From Phoronis australis (lineage: Eukaryota > Animalia > Phoronida): a DNA stretch of 64,000 bases. The translations under genes and the position numbers were made by a program. Below are positions 46,901-60,700 of this stretch, one piece after another. Location: the NCBI GenBank assembly GCA_002633005.1, contig NMRA01000067.1:496010-560009 (forward strand). The letters are read 5' to 3'. The notes beneath the pieces are model-generated. The model had not been told where the DNA came from and did not search any database. It saw nothing but the letters and a program-made list of their open reading frames with translations. Every line of letters starts with the position of its first letter. The first letter of the stretch is position 1.

Positions 46901-49900
46901 CATTTCAAAAAGCCATGCACATGAGCTACATGACTACAAATAGAGATTCACTTACCATCAAAAAATACCAAGCCAGATATTTGTATGTTATTTTAACATT
47001 GAATACCAAATATGGCATCACATAAATAAGTATGAAATTTTAATTTCATTATTTTATGACTACAGAAATACATCACAATTCATTACCTAAGTGGTTTAAC
47101 ATAGTAGTCAACACTGTGTATTGCAGACAGCTTACCTGTCACTGAATAGCCAAGCTAGGAACTGTGTGGAGTTCCAGTATTCAGGAGGTGCAGGGTCGCC
47201 ATCGGACCAGATGAGGTCAGGTCGGTAGTTCTGGACTAACTCATACAACTCTGGCAGAGCCTTCACCTGTATAAAGACAATGAATAACGACGTGGTTTAC
47301 AACTTGGAGAAAAGATCTATGATTCAGTGCTTGACACAGGTGAAAATGTCAACTCAAAAATACAAGTGACAGCATATTCTGCACTCGTATTTCCCAATTT
47401 GTACTCGTACAAAGTGATGACAAAAAAATAAAAAAAACACCGAACATCTGCTCTGCACCTGTTTGAATAATACCAGTATTTTACTTTTTCTACTCATACA
47501 AGTACTTGTTTATGTCGATTCCTGTAATTTTAAATCTACAACCTCTAGCACAGACTGGAAAAGATCCTTAACCTAAAATTGAGAGCAGATGAGATCCCTA
47601 AAATGACCATTCATCAAATTACCAATTACACAGCACATGAAGCAACAAAAATATCCTAACACTAATAAACACCAAACCACAACTTATAAACATTTAAAGC
47701 TCAAACAGGGAAACACAGTTCATGATAAACACATACTGCAAGTTCTTTATTGGTGCCAATAAACTGTAACTAAAGATAAAATAAGTTTGAAGTGGTTTAT
47801 AAGCAGCTGCTCCACCTGGTGGCAGACTAGGTTTGGAGAGATGACCAGGCATTATTCCCAATAGCAATTTACACGTACCAGACAAAGTTGCCACTCGGTA
47901 TTCAAAAGCATTCTAGCAACAAAGTACCTGTATCAGTATCTTAGCGAGTGACTTATTGTCTACAGCAAGGAAAACCACTAATGAATACGGATATCATTGT
48001 TATTTCCACACAGCAAGCAAGTTCAATTCAAAAGGCAACAAAAGTTGCTTCAATGCTTGGTAGCATCTTGAGCATCAAGATCTTGTCTTATAGAAGACAC
48101 TTGCACACCCAGAGGATGAGAGTGTACCTTGATTTTAAACACTTATTTTTTTTGTAAACTCACATCTCAGTGATTTTACTGGGAAGTTTGATCCAATGTT
48201 TTAATTAAAAAAACATTACCACTCGCACAGGTATAGATGGCATATAGCCATAACGCTAGATGGCGCACATTCTTCGCAAGCTTGGCCGCACCCGTGACAA
48301 CGTTCTATCAAACCTTTAAGGCAGTTTAAGGTCTGTTCTAAGTTCCTTCACAAGTATTTTATTGATTAGCTCCTTGTAGTTCACTGTTTACTTATGACTG
48401 TTATTTCTGTAGTAGACTGGCCTCATTCTGTTACAATAATGGCGTTGAACCAGAAATAACACAAGTGTTTATTTATCTTTAATTTCCTTTCAAGCATATC
48501 CAGATTCGGTTCATGTACCGTTAATTCTTCACCTGTTTCGCACAAAATTAATTGCCAAACTGGTCATTTTTTGATTTTTTCAAAGGCTGAATGTGATGTA
48601 ACAGATGTTGAAAAATGTTACCAAGAGTTGTTTTACCACAGTTGTACAGGACATACTATGTCATAAGTTAAATGGTATTTTCTTAATGCTCATTTTTGTT
48701 GATAAATGTGACAACCTGAATTTCCGTCTGCCAGCCACGCTGTGCACAAAACTAGTTTAATTCATCATTTACGTAAATACTACACAATAACATTAACACC
48801 AACTTAGCAATAGTTACCATAGTCACTCTCTACTTGTTACACAAAACACTACATGTGAGCCTCACATAACACGATTGTATCAGTGTTATAATCTAGAAAA
48901 TGCACCATCAAACTAAATCACATGAAAATGTTTCACACGGGCACGAGCATGCGCTTTCGTCATGCATAGTGCGTGTGCCTGTGTTCACAGCAAGTAATGT
49001 GCCTACACACAAGAAACCCGTCTGCACCTACACGTGAAACTCAGGGGCGTGAGCCAATATATCAGAAACAATTGAGTAAATAATTTTCTTTAATTGCAAA
49101 TAGGCACAACGACCTAAATATGAACATATGAAGTCGTAGAGACAATTCTGCGTATAGTGTCAGAACTCACCCTTGGGTACTCCTGAGTGACAAACTTGGT
49201 AGCTCTTTCTTGGTCAAAGATTGGATTGAACCACTCATAGAGTGAATGGTAGAGTCCCACATGGATGTCAGTCTTGTTACGCAGAGCTCCCACTAAGTCA
49301 CCTAATACAAGAACAAAACAATCACAACAGAGGTGCAATAAGTGATTCTGTACAATTAAATTCTTGCTGCTCATAAGGCAAACTCACTGAAAAGACGTAA
49401 AGTTCAAGAAATTTAATGTATTCAAAAATGACCCACCGCAATGGTGAGAAATAATCCAATAAATCAATCAATCAATTGGTTTCCCTTTCGTACTATTCCA
49501 AATTAACTTACTAGCTATATGTTTTGTTCAACAGTAAATGTAATAATAGTTTTTTCCACATTTCACTACTTGGTGTATCAAGGGTTTACCTACTCAAGCT
49601 GTCAAGTGGCTCTACCTGGTGTCAAGATTATGACTAACACACAGATGTAGCCCATTGCATGTTTTGACGTTTTGCCGTAAATTCCAAAGACTAGACAAAC
49701 ATTAACTCCAAAACTAGTTATGTCATTCTCGTTCGGTGCACTTACAAGACAACCCTTCAACTTTTGAACTTTAATTATAGGGAATATTTCTAGTCATCCA
49801 ACATGCAGAAACTTAATATTTGTTCAACTGTATGGGCAGCGCACCATAGGGGGCTGGGCCCTGGGGGGCTATAACTCCCCTCCCCCCACTTATTTCAGTG

Positions 49901-52052
49901 CCGCACCGCCCATGAGCAGTCAGGTAAAGACTATCAATTTGCAATTTACAAAATGTTTAATCAAAACATATATTACCAATTGTAAAAATAGAATAAAACT
50001 GAAAACATTTTCACCATAGATTTTGTTACTGTATTATAAGTGTCAGAACTTGTCAATGTGTTGTATATTCACTGAGTATAAAAATGTGTGACAGTAATTC
50101 ATACACCAAACATTCATCAATATAGGTGGATCCAGGGAGGTCAAGGGGTTCCGCACCCCCCTTTCCCTTGATTTTACTGATGTCAAATCTAAAACTTTTA
50201 AAGTGTTGACTTGAACATCTCTTATTAAAAAAGCCCTTGATCTGACCCCAGCTTTTAAATAATAAAATAAAAATCCTGGTCCTTCTCTGATAAAATACAT
50301 ATTGAGCCTGATCATTACCAATATGAGAGAGCTTACCAACCAGATCCCTATGTGGTCCAACGTCCATTGCATTCCAGTTAAAGGAACGTTTAGACGGCCA
50401 CAGCGTAAAACCTTCATGGTGTTTTGTGGTGAGAACCACATATCTGTCAAGTAGAAAAAAGAACAATGCAGATTTACTAATGTAAGAGCAATATGTCACT
50501 AGATATCTAATTAGAGCTTTATTTAATTCTTGGGAATTGCAGCATTGTCACCTACGGACTGCTCCTCACACTATCAGTCGGGTCAAATGCTTTTCCCTCT
50601 GACTGGTGGTGACAGAAAAGGTCATGCAACCCCCAAGGCAAGACTTGTGGAAACAGACACAAGTCCGAGCCCAGTGGATTTTGATAATTACACTGATGCC
50701 CATTATTCAGTGGAGAAAATGGATTCTCAAAATGCAGTCACTGACCCCAGTAAACTATTACCTGGCCTGTCAAGGCAGTGTTGTAAATTTGAGAGTAAAG
50801 AGATGGTCCTAAGTCAGATTTGACAAGCAACATCTTCGGTTGCAGTTGCTAGTCATGCTTTCAAGCAGACTTAAATACTTGAGGCTAAAAATTGGCTTTA
50901 AGCTAGACTTTTAAAGAGTCAAAAAGTTATTTGATTGAGGCCACGGTACAAATACGCCTACTTAGTAGGGGCTGATCTCAAGTTTAAAATCTATTGTTGT
51001 AGACCTTCTTCCGATGAAATATATGAGCTTCTGTTGGATAGTTGAATGTTGGCACGCTTGCCGGTTTTATCGGGGTTGGTGGTATGATTCCCGGGTCGGG
51101 TAATTTCGACTATTACTACAATTGGCGTAGTTGGCAAACAGATGATATAGCGAGGAAGCACTCACAACTCAGGGTGAAATTCGTGTAGATTTAGAGCACA
51201 AGGAGAGCGTTGCTCCGCTGAGGGCTAATTCCAGGACACAGGGTGGTTATTATTCATGAGGGCAAATCCCAGGCTGCTGCCGGGGTGTTGCTGGGATATG
51301 CAGTCAGAAGCCACGCCTGTTCCGTAAGAAAAAAGGAATGTCGTAGATGTGCTTACGATGAATCATATGAGCCTCTGTTAGCTACTCGCTAACGGGCAAT
51401 TGCCTATTAGCTGGTTAGCATGGTGCCAGTTTTATCGGGGTTGCTGGTTCTTCCATTCCCGGATCAGTTAATCTCAGCTGTTACTACAATACACAGCAAC
51501 TTATTGCTTCAACGCAAGAATACTATATAAGCATGTAGCATAGATCAGGGTAGAGATCAGTAATGCCAGAACCTAGTAAAAAGCATGACATTAGACATTG
51601 CGAGAATACGTAAGATATTGCCGCATATTTTGAGAACATGCTACTTTGGCTAGATTTTACCGACGTCCTAGTGTTACTGAAACCCATCAAGCTTTATACC
51701 TTGCCCCTGCTGCTTGGAATATCTCTGCCCAGTAGGTGGGGTCGAAGAACTCGGCAGTGAACTGCGGTGCAAAGTCGGGGTACGTGAAGTCTGGTCTGTA
51801 GTTACCCTTCATGAAATCAACCACATCTTGTTTCTTCTCAAGTTTCCAATATTCCCAGAACCACTCGCTACGGAAACTAGGCACCGAAAACACACCCCAG
51901 TGCAGAAAAATGCCAATCTTAGCCTCGTCGTACCAGGGTGGCAACGGCCTAGAATCTAAATCATCCCAGTTTGGTTTGTAACGTCTGCTCTGGACACCAG
52001 CGAGAAAAGCAAAAGCAAGCAGAAATATCGCACCAAGATGAAGCGTCAACAT
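43917..52052 (-). CDS. FUCA: Alpha-L-fucosidase (glycoside hydrolase family 29), 8 exons, 460 aa, with signal peptide
   Basis: Exons (minus): 52052-51700 (signal peptide, [34 protein letters not shown]), 50443-50337 ([15 protein letters not shown]), 49301-49171, 47266-47136 (LIWSDGD, catalytic nucleophile), 46498-46401 (VVNDRWG), 45309-45177 (KWENAMTID), 44768-44598 ([10 protein letters not shown]...[10 protein letters not shown]), 44175-43917 (...[15 protein letters not shown]). All introns are GT-AG and the CDS is 1383 nt. FUCA1 and FUCA2 cannot be distinguished. Confidence 0.96.
44327..44690. repeat. Degenerate ~110-bp tandem repeat derived from the 3' end of fucosidase exon 7 and its donor
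   Basis: Units start near 44327, 44442, 44548 and 44664 (ctgaccttcag.cagagcccaag ... tttggtcac.gtatcatt ... ctggagt.ga). Confidence 0.8.
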
Positions 52053-52203
52053 GTTTGCCTTATTTGAGCGGACTACTGGAAGGCGGACAATGACTGCTCA
52101 CATGCGAAAAACGTGCAAATGGAGAACCCAACGTACTAAACAAACCCAATCACACTAAGCGATCTTTTCTTTTGTTGGAAGTTAGATAACAGTCACAAAC
52201 AAT

Positions 52204-52213
52204 GTCACATGAC
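52204..52213. promoter_or_regulatory. CLEAR/M-box-like E-box upstream of the fucosidase
   Basis: GTCACATGAC, one mismatch from the palindromic CLEAR consensus GTCACGTGAC, about 150 bp 5' of the ATG of a lysosomal hydrolase. Confidence 0.5.
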
Positions 52214-52911
52214 AATCCTGGTCACAGCACCTCCTGGCGGATGATAGCGAAAATCCGCGTCCGAACAGAAGGCAAAGATTTATGGAAATAAGTCCTTGTA
52301 ATCCCAAATTTAAAAAAGGGTTACGCAAGCACACTGAGCTCAGTAAACAAGCAGTTGATTTTGGGTAGAAATTTCCGGTTAACTTGCGATTATTATAAAC
52401 TAAAAATCAGATTCCTTGAAATTGTACTTCATGAAGCCACCTTTAATTTACACATAGTATATTTACGTCTGCTGATGCTTGGGATAACCACTATCCCACA
52501 ATCCCTTGTGAATATGGCGCCTCTCGCTGTCATGAAAAGGTCAATGATCCCTCAACAAATACACCGTCTTATATCATATATTGCGTGCGGTAAATAGCTA
52601 AATTCAGTCATAATCTTTGAGCGTGAGGGCAAGTGCTGAGGTGCATGTTATTCAGAAGAAATTCGTTCACGAGATACCTCTTAATAATTCTTAGGCTAGA
52701 ACAATTCCAAAGAAACTGCCCATGACGCTGCAGCAAAAAGCTATTATCTGACTGAGCCCAGGCATCTTTAGACATTAAGAACAACGACCAGAGAGCACGG
52801 GGAGCGAGCCGAGGGAAGAGGTGTTGACTCGGAGGCCAGTATTTTCTCCTCAACAGGCACCTTTTCCCAGAGGTGATCGAAGACCCCTGTCATAAATTCA
52901 CAGTAAAATCC

Positions 52912-53172
52912 CATGCGCACTCCCAGCCTTCAATATGAGGGGCTCGAATTCCTAACGTTGATGACCTTTTGGTTACAAAATAGCCGGCGGACTAAAAAAA
53001 GGCGCACCACTGTGAATTGCGCGTTTGTGCTTGTTTATTGGTCTTTTGTCTCATTTCCTCGGACTTTTTGTTTCTCACAGGCGGACCTTTTTGCCCACTT
53101 CGCCAAATGGGAGGCTCGTTCGGGCCCCACGAGCCTCTCCCCCCCCCACCCCCCTGCCGGGATGCGCGCATG
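52912..53172 (+). mobile_element. MITE family A copy with a perfect 5-bp TSD
   Basis: catgcgcactccc ... gggatgcgcgcatg, flanked by AATCC at 52907-52911 and 53173-53177. Confidence 0.85.
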
Positions 53173-54210
53173 AATCCATATGGTATTAGCTTAAATTATT
53201 TTATTTTAATAAAACACTCTTGGGACACTCTGCAATCGCATTAATCGAAGGTTCGCTTTGCTTGAGCATGTAATGTCAAGATCGCGCATGCGTGAACTAT
53301 CATTACCCTAAGGACATGAAACTTGGCAAGTTCAATCATCCAAATAATTTTGTTGAAAACAAAGCAAATCACATGTTAATAAAATCATGTAAAATTCAAC
53401 CAACTTTTATTTTATTTTTTTGTTATTTCAACTATCAGAATAGCGACCTCATTCAACAAACGGGTACTTGATTGACCATACGGATGTTCCTCCAATTATG
53501 TAACAGTTCCGACTAAAGGAGAAATTGGGTGACCGAGGGACAATTATAAGAAAATAACTAATTGTACAACGCACAAAAACTTTCACCTGATTACTGATGA
53601 ATTTTTAAATCCAAGTTCACCTTACGCATACGCGACCTTAGGACTGAGCACTGAGAATTCCAAGTTGGCAAGCAAAGCAGTTTTTCGTAAAATCCAGTTT
53701 TTGCAGCAGTTGTAACCAGTGACCAGCTAGCGCTAGTTCGAATTTTCCCTACCAGGGGTCAAAATTTCACTCCCTGGTGAACTGTTTTATTTTCGTGCTG
53801 TTGAGTCACTTTACTGCGTTAACCGGCACCATACGCACGGAATAATTGTCCTGAAATCAAGATCCGTTCACATCCGGAGGAAAAGCACTGGAGCATTCCC
53901 AGATGAAAATAAAATGAATAACAATTAGCTTCACCTCAGTGAGGATCATTATTTCAACAAAAAAAAACGAAAAACCTAATGAAACAAGACTATAGCATCT
54001 TTTTCATCAGTGATATTAGTATTTGTGGTAATTCTTTGAAAATGGCATAAGGTACGTGATCAAGACTGCAGAGCTTAGGAGGCCACACTCAGTCGCCCGG
54101 GGGCCCGATCACTCATATTGACAAGGTGCTCGCATCCGTGTACCAAAAACTACGGTTATGCGTTACTTTTTCAGCAAGTTTCGACAACGCGTAACTCTGA
54201 CACAACACTG

Positions 54211-54466
54211 CATGGGCGCACCCAGGGGGGAGGGGGGAGGGGGCTCTAACGAGCCCCTCAATTTGGCGAATTGGGCAAAAAGGTCCGCCTCAATGAAACA
54301 AAAAAGTCCGAGCAAAGTCGACAGGAACTCGGCGCGGATGCACAATTCGTGGGTTTGCCATCCCCCTTTTTTTAGTCCCCGTTAGTATTTTTCTTTTTCT
54401 GTAGAAGATCCGCAAACCGAAAAATTCGAGCCCCCTATATTTTAGCCTGGGCTGGGTGCGCGCATG
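54211..54466 (-). mobile_element. MITE family A copy (reverse orientation)
   Basis: catgggcgcacccag ... ctgggtgcgcgcatg TIRs, with an internal match to the other copies. Confidence 0.8.
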
Positions 54467-54714
54467 ATCAGATAACAAAATGTTTGATTTCAGCTTTCGC
54501 CTGACGAAGAGACACCAGCAGCATGTGGTATTGTTTTATTTAAACGTTCATGTATCAAACAAAATAAACTCTTTCGATCATACTTTCGCTATTAACAGAC
54601 TAGGGGTAGTAGTCTCGGATCTATCCACGAGGTGTCACGGCGTGCTTGAAGACTGACTAGATGAAGAAATTAGCGTGCGAAGCTCCACAGGCAGGAGACG
54701 GAGAAGTGTTCCTG

Positions 54715-57700
54715 CTACATCCCAGTCCGCGATCGCCAGTGACCGTCACCCCGGCTGCCCATGTAAGACCCCCACTGCTGTTGATCGTGTGGTAGAATCC
54801 GGCTGCAACGCTCTCCTGGAGATAACTGTTGGCTGCATTTGCACTTAATCCTAACCCTGCAAAACATCGGGAGTGTAAACCAGAGATCACCAAAGACGGT
54901 GGACCTTTATGTCAGTGTGTTACGGAACAGAATATTGACTGAATGAAGATTATAAGCGCTGAACAGTACCGTTGCTATGCATTAACCATAATAACAATAA
55001 TAGCAATAATAATGATAATGATAATAATGTGACAGTGCTGTCGGAATTTTGCAAAATAAAGTCCACGAAACGGAAAGGTCATGCATTATGTACTATTCGC
55101 GTGGTACCCATTGGCAGAGGAGCATTTTTTAAGTTGGGGGCTTGAAATTTCCCGTCCTAATGCATGACGTTTAATGAAAATAAACCGGCTGTGTGGTTAA
55201 ACCACACTCGTGGAATGCTTAGAGTTGTGGGTGAATGTGGTCCCTCTCAAAAAATTGAGGGACTGAATACTGAAGCCCCTGGCCGCCAATGTTATCACCA
55301 TTCTAGATTATCTATCATTGCTTGATGTGGAAATGCATAAGTACGTGTGAAATATGTTTCGATAATTACGTCACCCTAAATTCACAGGTATCACCAAAAT
55401 GGAAGATGAATCAAAGAAGAAGGAGAAAAAGAAGAAGAGAGGAAGATTGAGAAGGAGTAGAAAATTAAGAAAATACAAAGAAGAAAAAAATAAGGAGAAA
55501 AAAAAGACGAAGCAGAAGAAAGGCCAAACGTTTATTTGAGTAATGTTTCTTTTTAGACATATTTGTCACGTTGTGATCTGCAATTATCGTATACGATCTA
55601 CGTCAGCCACACTCATGTGTCAACCCAACAATCGCCTTTTCCACGCATCATACATTTTGAATAACCTTAGGCCTAGCGGAAGGTAATTGGTCATTCTCAG
55701 AGGAGTTCCATGTCTGGTTCTTCAGAATACAAAAAAGCCGATGAACAGTATCACCGAGGAATTGTTTTGTGAAAATCGTGACAATGTTTTTTAAGCTATT
55801 CTGCAGTTTACTTCAGGTGAGTAGTTATGCTTACATACTAACAAAGTCAGACAAAGCAAACCCCTTTGACGTAAGGTAAATAAAGAGATTACCTGTAAAC
55901 GGTTAATTGACCCATGGGGATATCATAAGGGTTGACGTTTGAAGGATGTGAATGAACGGCGTGTCCGTCTGAGGCTCCCAACGAACCCTGCCGCAACGCC
56001 AAACATTCTTTTTGAATGGTGTGCACATAGGCGTCACTATCCATGCCAAAGTATTTACCTACAAAAGCACAACATTAACAGTTCCTTACAGAGTTTTTGT
56101 TAATAGTATTGAATTAGAGTAAGAATTCATTATCAGAAATATTCCGAATGGCTTTTAAATCTTTCATGCATGACGGGTATTCGTTCCGCACTGAGATTTT
56201 GCGAGGCAGTTGAGTTCGCGGTTGGCGAGCGCAAAACTGTGTTTTAATGATTTAGTAAAAATACGCTAATGCTCCACTTAGCTTATCTTTATCAAGATAA
56301 AATAGAGAACAGTACTAAAACACAGTGCATTAAAACAAACTTCACAAACACAGATAACTGCTAGACTAATTACGCCCTGTCTTCACGCTCCTAGCTTGGT
56401 ATACGACTGTCGTGGGTCTATACTACTAATCGGAGTGCGTACACAGGTAGAGTCGTATACGAAGTCGTACGAGATAATCGGAGTGCCGGTGCTGACAGCG
56501 GTCCAAAGACACACATGACTGAAAAATGGGCGGAATGTGTAGACAAGGTTTTACTGCTGATAAAAGGAACGATTGAGACAGATTTGCTCTGTTCATGAAT
56601 GAAAGCACTCACTATTTTTGCTAAATCTCGCCGTTTGGTTTTTCATTTTCTGATCTACACATTCTTGATCCTTGGGAAATAAAGCTTTCACTTTCGTAGG
56701 ATAGAACCAGTACGTGGCGAATATGACATCCATACTGTGATTGTATTCTGGATGATTGACATCTAATGTGGGCGGAGCAAGCGTTCCTGAAACGAAAAAT
56801 GGCCTTCTTGCAGGAGGTGGTTACTAATTTCTGCGCAACAGAAGTTAGGCTCCGTGATAAGGAACGCTGTTAAAAAACGTGTATTTTCACCAGTTTCAAC
56901 TATATGCTCCCGAAATTCAAACAAAAGTTTTTGAAATCTCTGTAAAATTGAACGATCCAGGCAACAACGGTGCTCATTTTAACGAACTGATTTCAATGTA
57001 ATAATTTTTAATTAGAGAGGTTTCGTTAATTTAAACATATGAAAAATGTTCCTTAAGTCAAAATCAACATAAGACGTGTTCTGATGTCAAAAATGTGAAC
57101 TTTTTCGCATATTTGCTCTGCTAAAGCAAAGTCGTATTTGTTTGAATTGAAATTGGTTACAATGAATCACTGAGAACTGTCCTAACGCGCCATGGCAAGC
57201 AGCTTAGTGGGCGTGGTCTGAAGCAATAACAAGCAGCTGAATGGGCGTGGTCTGTAGCAAGAACAGACCCGTTCTTCTTTAGCCTAGATAACAGTTCTAA
57301 TCTGAGTAGAAAAAAGAGGAACAAGGTCGGAGCTATTTTATAAAACTAAATGTTTTAAATCAAAGTTTGGTTTTTGATACAAGACGAAAGTTTATTGGTC
57401 CTTCCCTTTAAGTTTCATATAATGGAATGAGATACCTGTAGAAAGAAGTCTTTGTATTCCACTGTCATCGTGAGGTCCTATGTGCCGTCTGTGTCTTGCG
57501 CGGTGCATTCGTTTCAAAATCTTCAACTTAGTTGTTTGGAAACTAGAATCAGTCTTTTTCACGGCGCGTCTTTGTCTACGGTTCTGGTTAAGGAAATCGT
57601 AACTTCTAGGTGCGTAAACACCGTCCCTCTCCCAGTCACGTGGTTTGTCCCTCCTCCAGTCGTCTGGTACGTTGCCACCATTTCTGCCAGTGAGCCAAAG

Positions 57701-60700
57701 TCCATAATCTGGCTGCACTTTTCTGTTGTACTGAGAGGAACCGTCCAGGTCGTCTTGCAGATAGGATGAAAGATAATCCTGCTGTGGTAAACTCATAGAT
57801 TTCCTGTACGGCAAGTTTTGCCTTTGATACGTAACTGGGAGCCTCAGCTTGGAATTTACGGGGTCGCCATCTTCATTAAAATACCCCGTTGCTGTGTTTT
57901 TACCCAGACCAAGGTAAGATTTCAACGTGTCTTCATCAAGCAGCGACTTAAATCTATTTTTCTTCTTCATGCTGGTGTCATATAATCTGTGAGTATTGGA
58001 AGTGTCAGGATTCCGTCCTAGGTCAGCAAATTGTCCTCTGTTCTTAACAGTCTCCATAGGTAAATCATTCTTTAGCATAGTAGTTTGAGCGGTAGTTTTT
58101 CCTTTTGGAGTTTCAAACGAATCAACTCTGGGAGTCCTGTCGTCATCGTCCTTTTGAGATTCTTGTTCATGTTTACTCAAATAGTCCGTGTAGTACAGGT
58201 AATCATTCCAAACATCCGGGTGCTTTAAAACGTAATCTAGTGCTTCTTGCGTAGTGTTCACCCACCACCGGTGCTCCACGTCAGTTTTGTTCACTGAAAA
58301 TGTAAGGTGTACATCCATGAACTTCGTACTATTGTTGTGTTGCGATGCTTAATTTTCATTATGCGGCCTTGGATTGAGTTGTTCTTGTCAGCCAGTAATG
58401 CAATAGATAACGTGCACATCACTTCTTACCACAATAATGGTAATGGATAGCAGCACTAAAAATATAATGGCGGCACTCGAATGGCTTCGCCTGTTGTGCT
58501 GGGTCAACAACCGGCTAAGACGACTAATTGGTCTATAAGCCGGAAGTCGTCATCGAGAACCCATCAGAAGCCTTAACCGGTTGACGCGGCGGATCCGGCA
58601 AAGACAAGTGCAGCCGTTGTATTGGAGCGACGTAACTCAGTTACGCTCAGTCACGCTCAGTTACGATATAGTAACGTGGAATTAAAGATGCTTTGTCTCA
58701 TTAAGATAGTGAATATTTAAATTTTTAGCAAGCGCCACCCAGTGACTTCCTGGAGAACTGGTATGTGCGAGTATAAAAGAAACAATTTGCAAATAAATTG
58801 CGGTTTTAAAGAAAGCTGATATTCTTAAAAACATGTGTGAACATATAGAAAAACCTGTAATTCCAAACATTACGCAATCGTTATTTGATCATGGAATAGA
58901 CAAATAGAAAAACTGTGTCTTCAGTTGTTTCATTAGGGTAACGGTGCAATATTACCATACTCATTTACATAAAAATAGTCTCGAAAAACGAAACTTTCAC
59001 GATATTGTAATGGTAACTGCTTCTCGGATGGTTTCCGGCACAATGGAGGACCCGGGATTGTTTGTAAATTAATACTTCGTTTGCATATTCACATTTTAAT
59101 GAGACTGTGTATCTTTGAATTCATATCTAAAATGTTACTAACGAAAAAAACAGAACAAAAAATCTTTTGGTTTTACATGAGATATTCATCGTTTGCTTAC
59201 ATGAATTATATATTTCCTTCCCAATACCCGTACTATGTCGGTTGTACACCATAAATGACGTATAGACGTTTGAGTTGAATCGCATCTTACAAAAATCTGC
59301 TCTTGTCTGCTCATGGATTGTGGTCCCTGAAAAATAAAGACGGATGCTTTATACCGGTCGTGGTCCCAGCTAAAACTAAAAACATGAAAATGACGTAATG
59401 TTGTAGCTGATTTCGACGTCATTTTCTCATTCATTCTTAACATCCATGCGGTTGCGCGTTCATTTGCGTGGTGTGTTTTTTCTGTACTTATTGCGCCAAC
59501 GACCAGGGCCGAAACTCATACACGGGATAAGGTCAGTTGTTGCAAGACATCACGTAGTGACGTGTTTTAATGCGACCTCATTGTTACTATGCAACATATC
59601 ACTTTTATGCAACTGGGCCCAGAGTGTTTGGTATCGTTTGATCGTAACATGCAAATGAACCTGACAAGGTCCTGGTAAAACAAGTATAATTGCATAAAAG
59701 TGTTTACAGTGCCTACAATCGGTTCAACAAGGGCATTTCCTGAAAGTATCCCTCGTTGAACGCGCAGCTAAAGGTCGTGCAGAATATTTTCTACAGCTTT
59801 GTGATCAGGCCGGTAGAAGTGGTAGTCACCACCAAAATTGTGTAAAGCACGAACAGTATATTTGCTTGTCATAAAATTTGTCGTCTGTTTTTCAGTCGGC
59901 TTTAGAGCCTTCGTGACGGCCGAGTTTTCCAACTGATCATAGACTCTAGATTGGATTTACTGACTGTATCGGTTCTCGCGAGGGTTATTCCCGCAAAGGC
60001 TGTTTCAGTAGAATCAATGGCCTTTGTGTTCAGATTGACAGCACCCATAGCAATTTGCAAAAGAAAGAGAAATTATATTAGCCAAGGGAAACATTACGTC
60101 ATGCCGTTGGGATCATGGACCCTAAGAGCTTACAATGCACAGTATTTGATGGCAAAACGCCTGGATTTTTTATTTTACTTCGTTAAAACCCTAGAGATTT
60201 TCTCAGCCGGTACCTTGTGTGAAGTAAAATTTCTCATTTTCTCTTCCCGAGTGCTTCAAGCAATCAGACAGCCAATACAAGAAGACGTCATTTCCCCTTC
60301 CTTCAACACTGATAGTTAAGGGGGACGCTTGGGAGCCTATGGTGTCCTTAATATATGGCGTCAAAAGCGGGGCACCAGATTTGCCGTCCAGCACCGTCGT
60401 CTGCAAATGAAAAATAGTAGGATGAGAAACATGGTGCATCGCTTTTGGTATCGGGAAAGGATAGTGTCAATCGTGTGCATATTGTCTTTTAATTCTAATT
60501 CGAAATAGTTGTTTTTCTTAAATTATGTAAAGGAACTGTTGGTTATTGTAAAAATAAACAAAAGTGTTTGGAAACAGTAACTTCACAGAAACCGATTGTC
60601 CTAAGGAAATGTTCAAATGATTAAATAGCCCCCCCCCCCCCCNAATTCAGCAGATCACGCTCGAAATACGTCATCCTGTTCGTCACTGCCGGTATCATGG

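Noticed and set aside
47006-47015. Single CArG box CCAAATATGG in a fucosidase intron
   Set aside because: An isolated match is expected by chance in AT-rich DNA, with no clustering.
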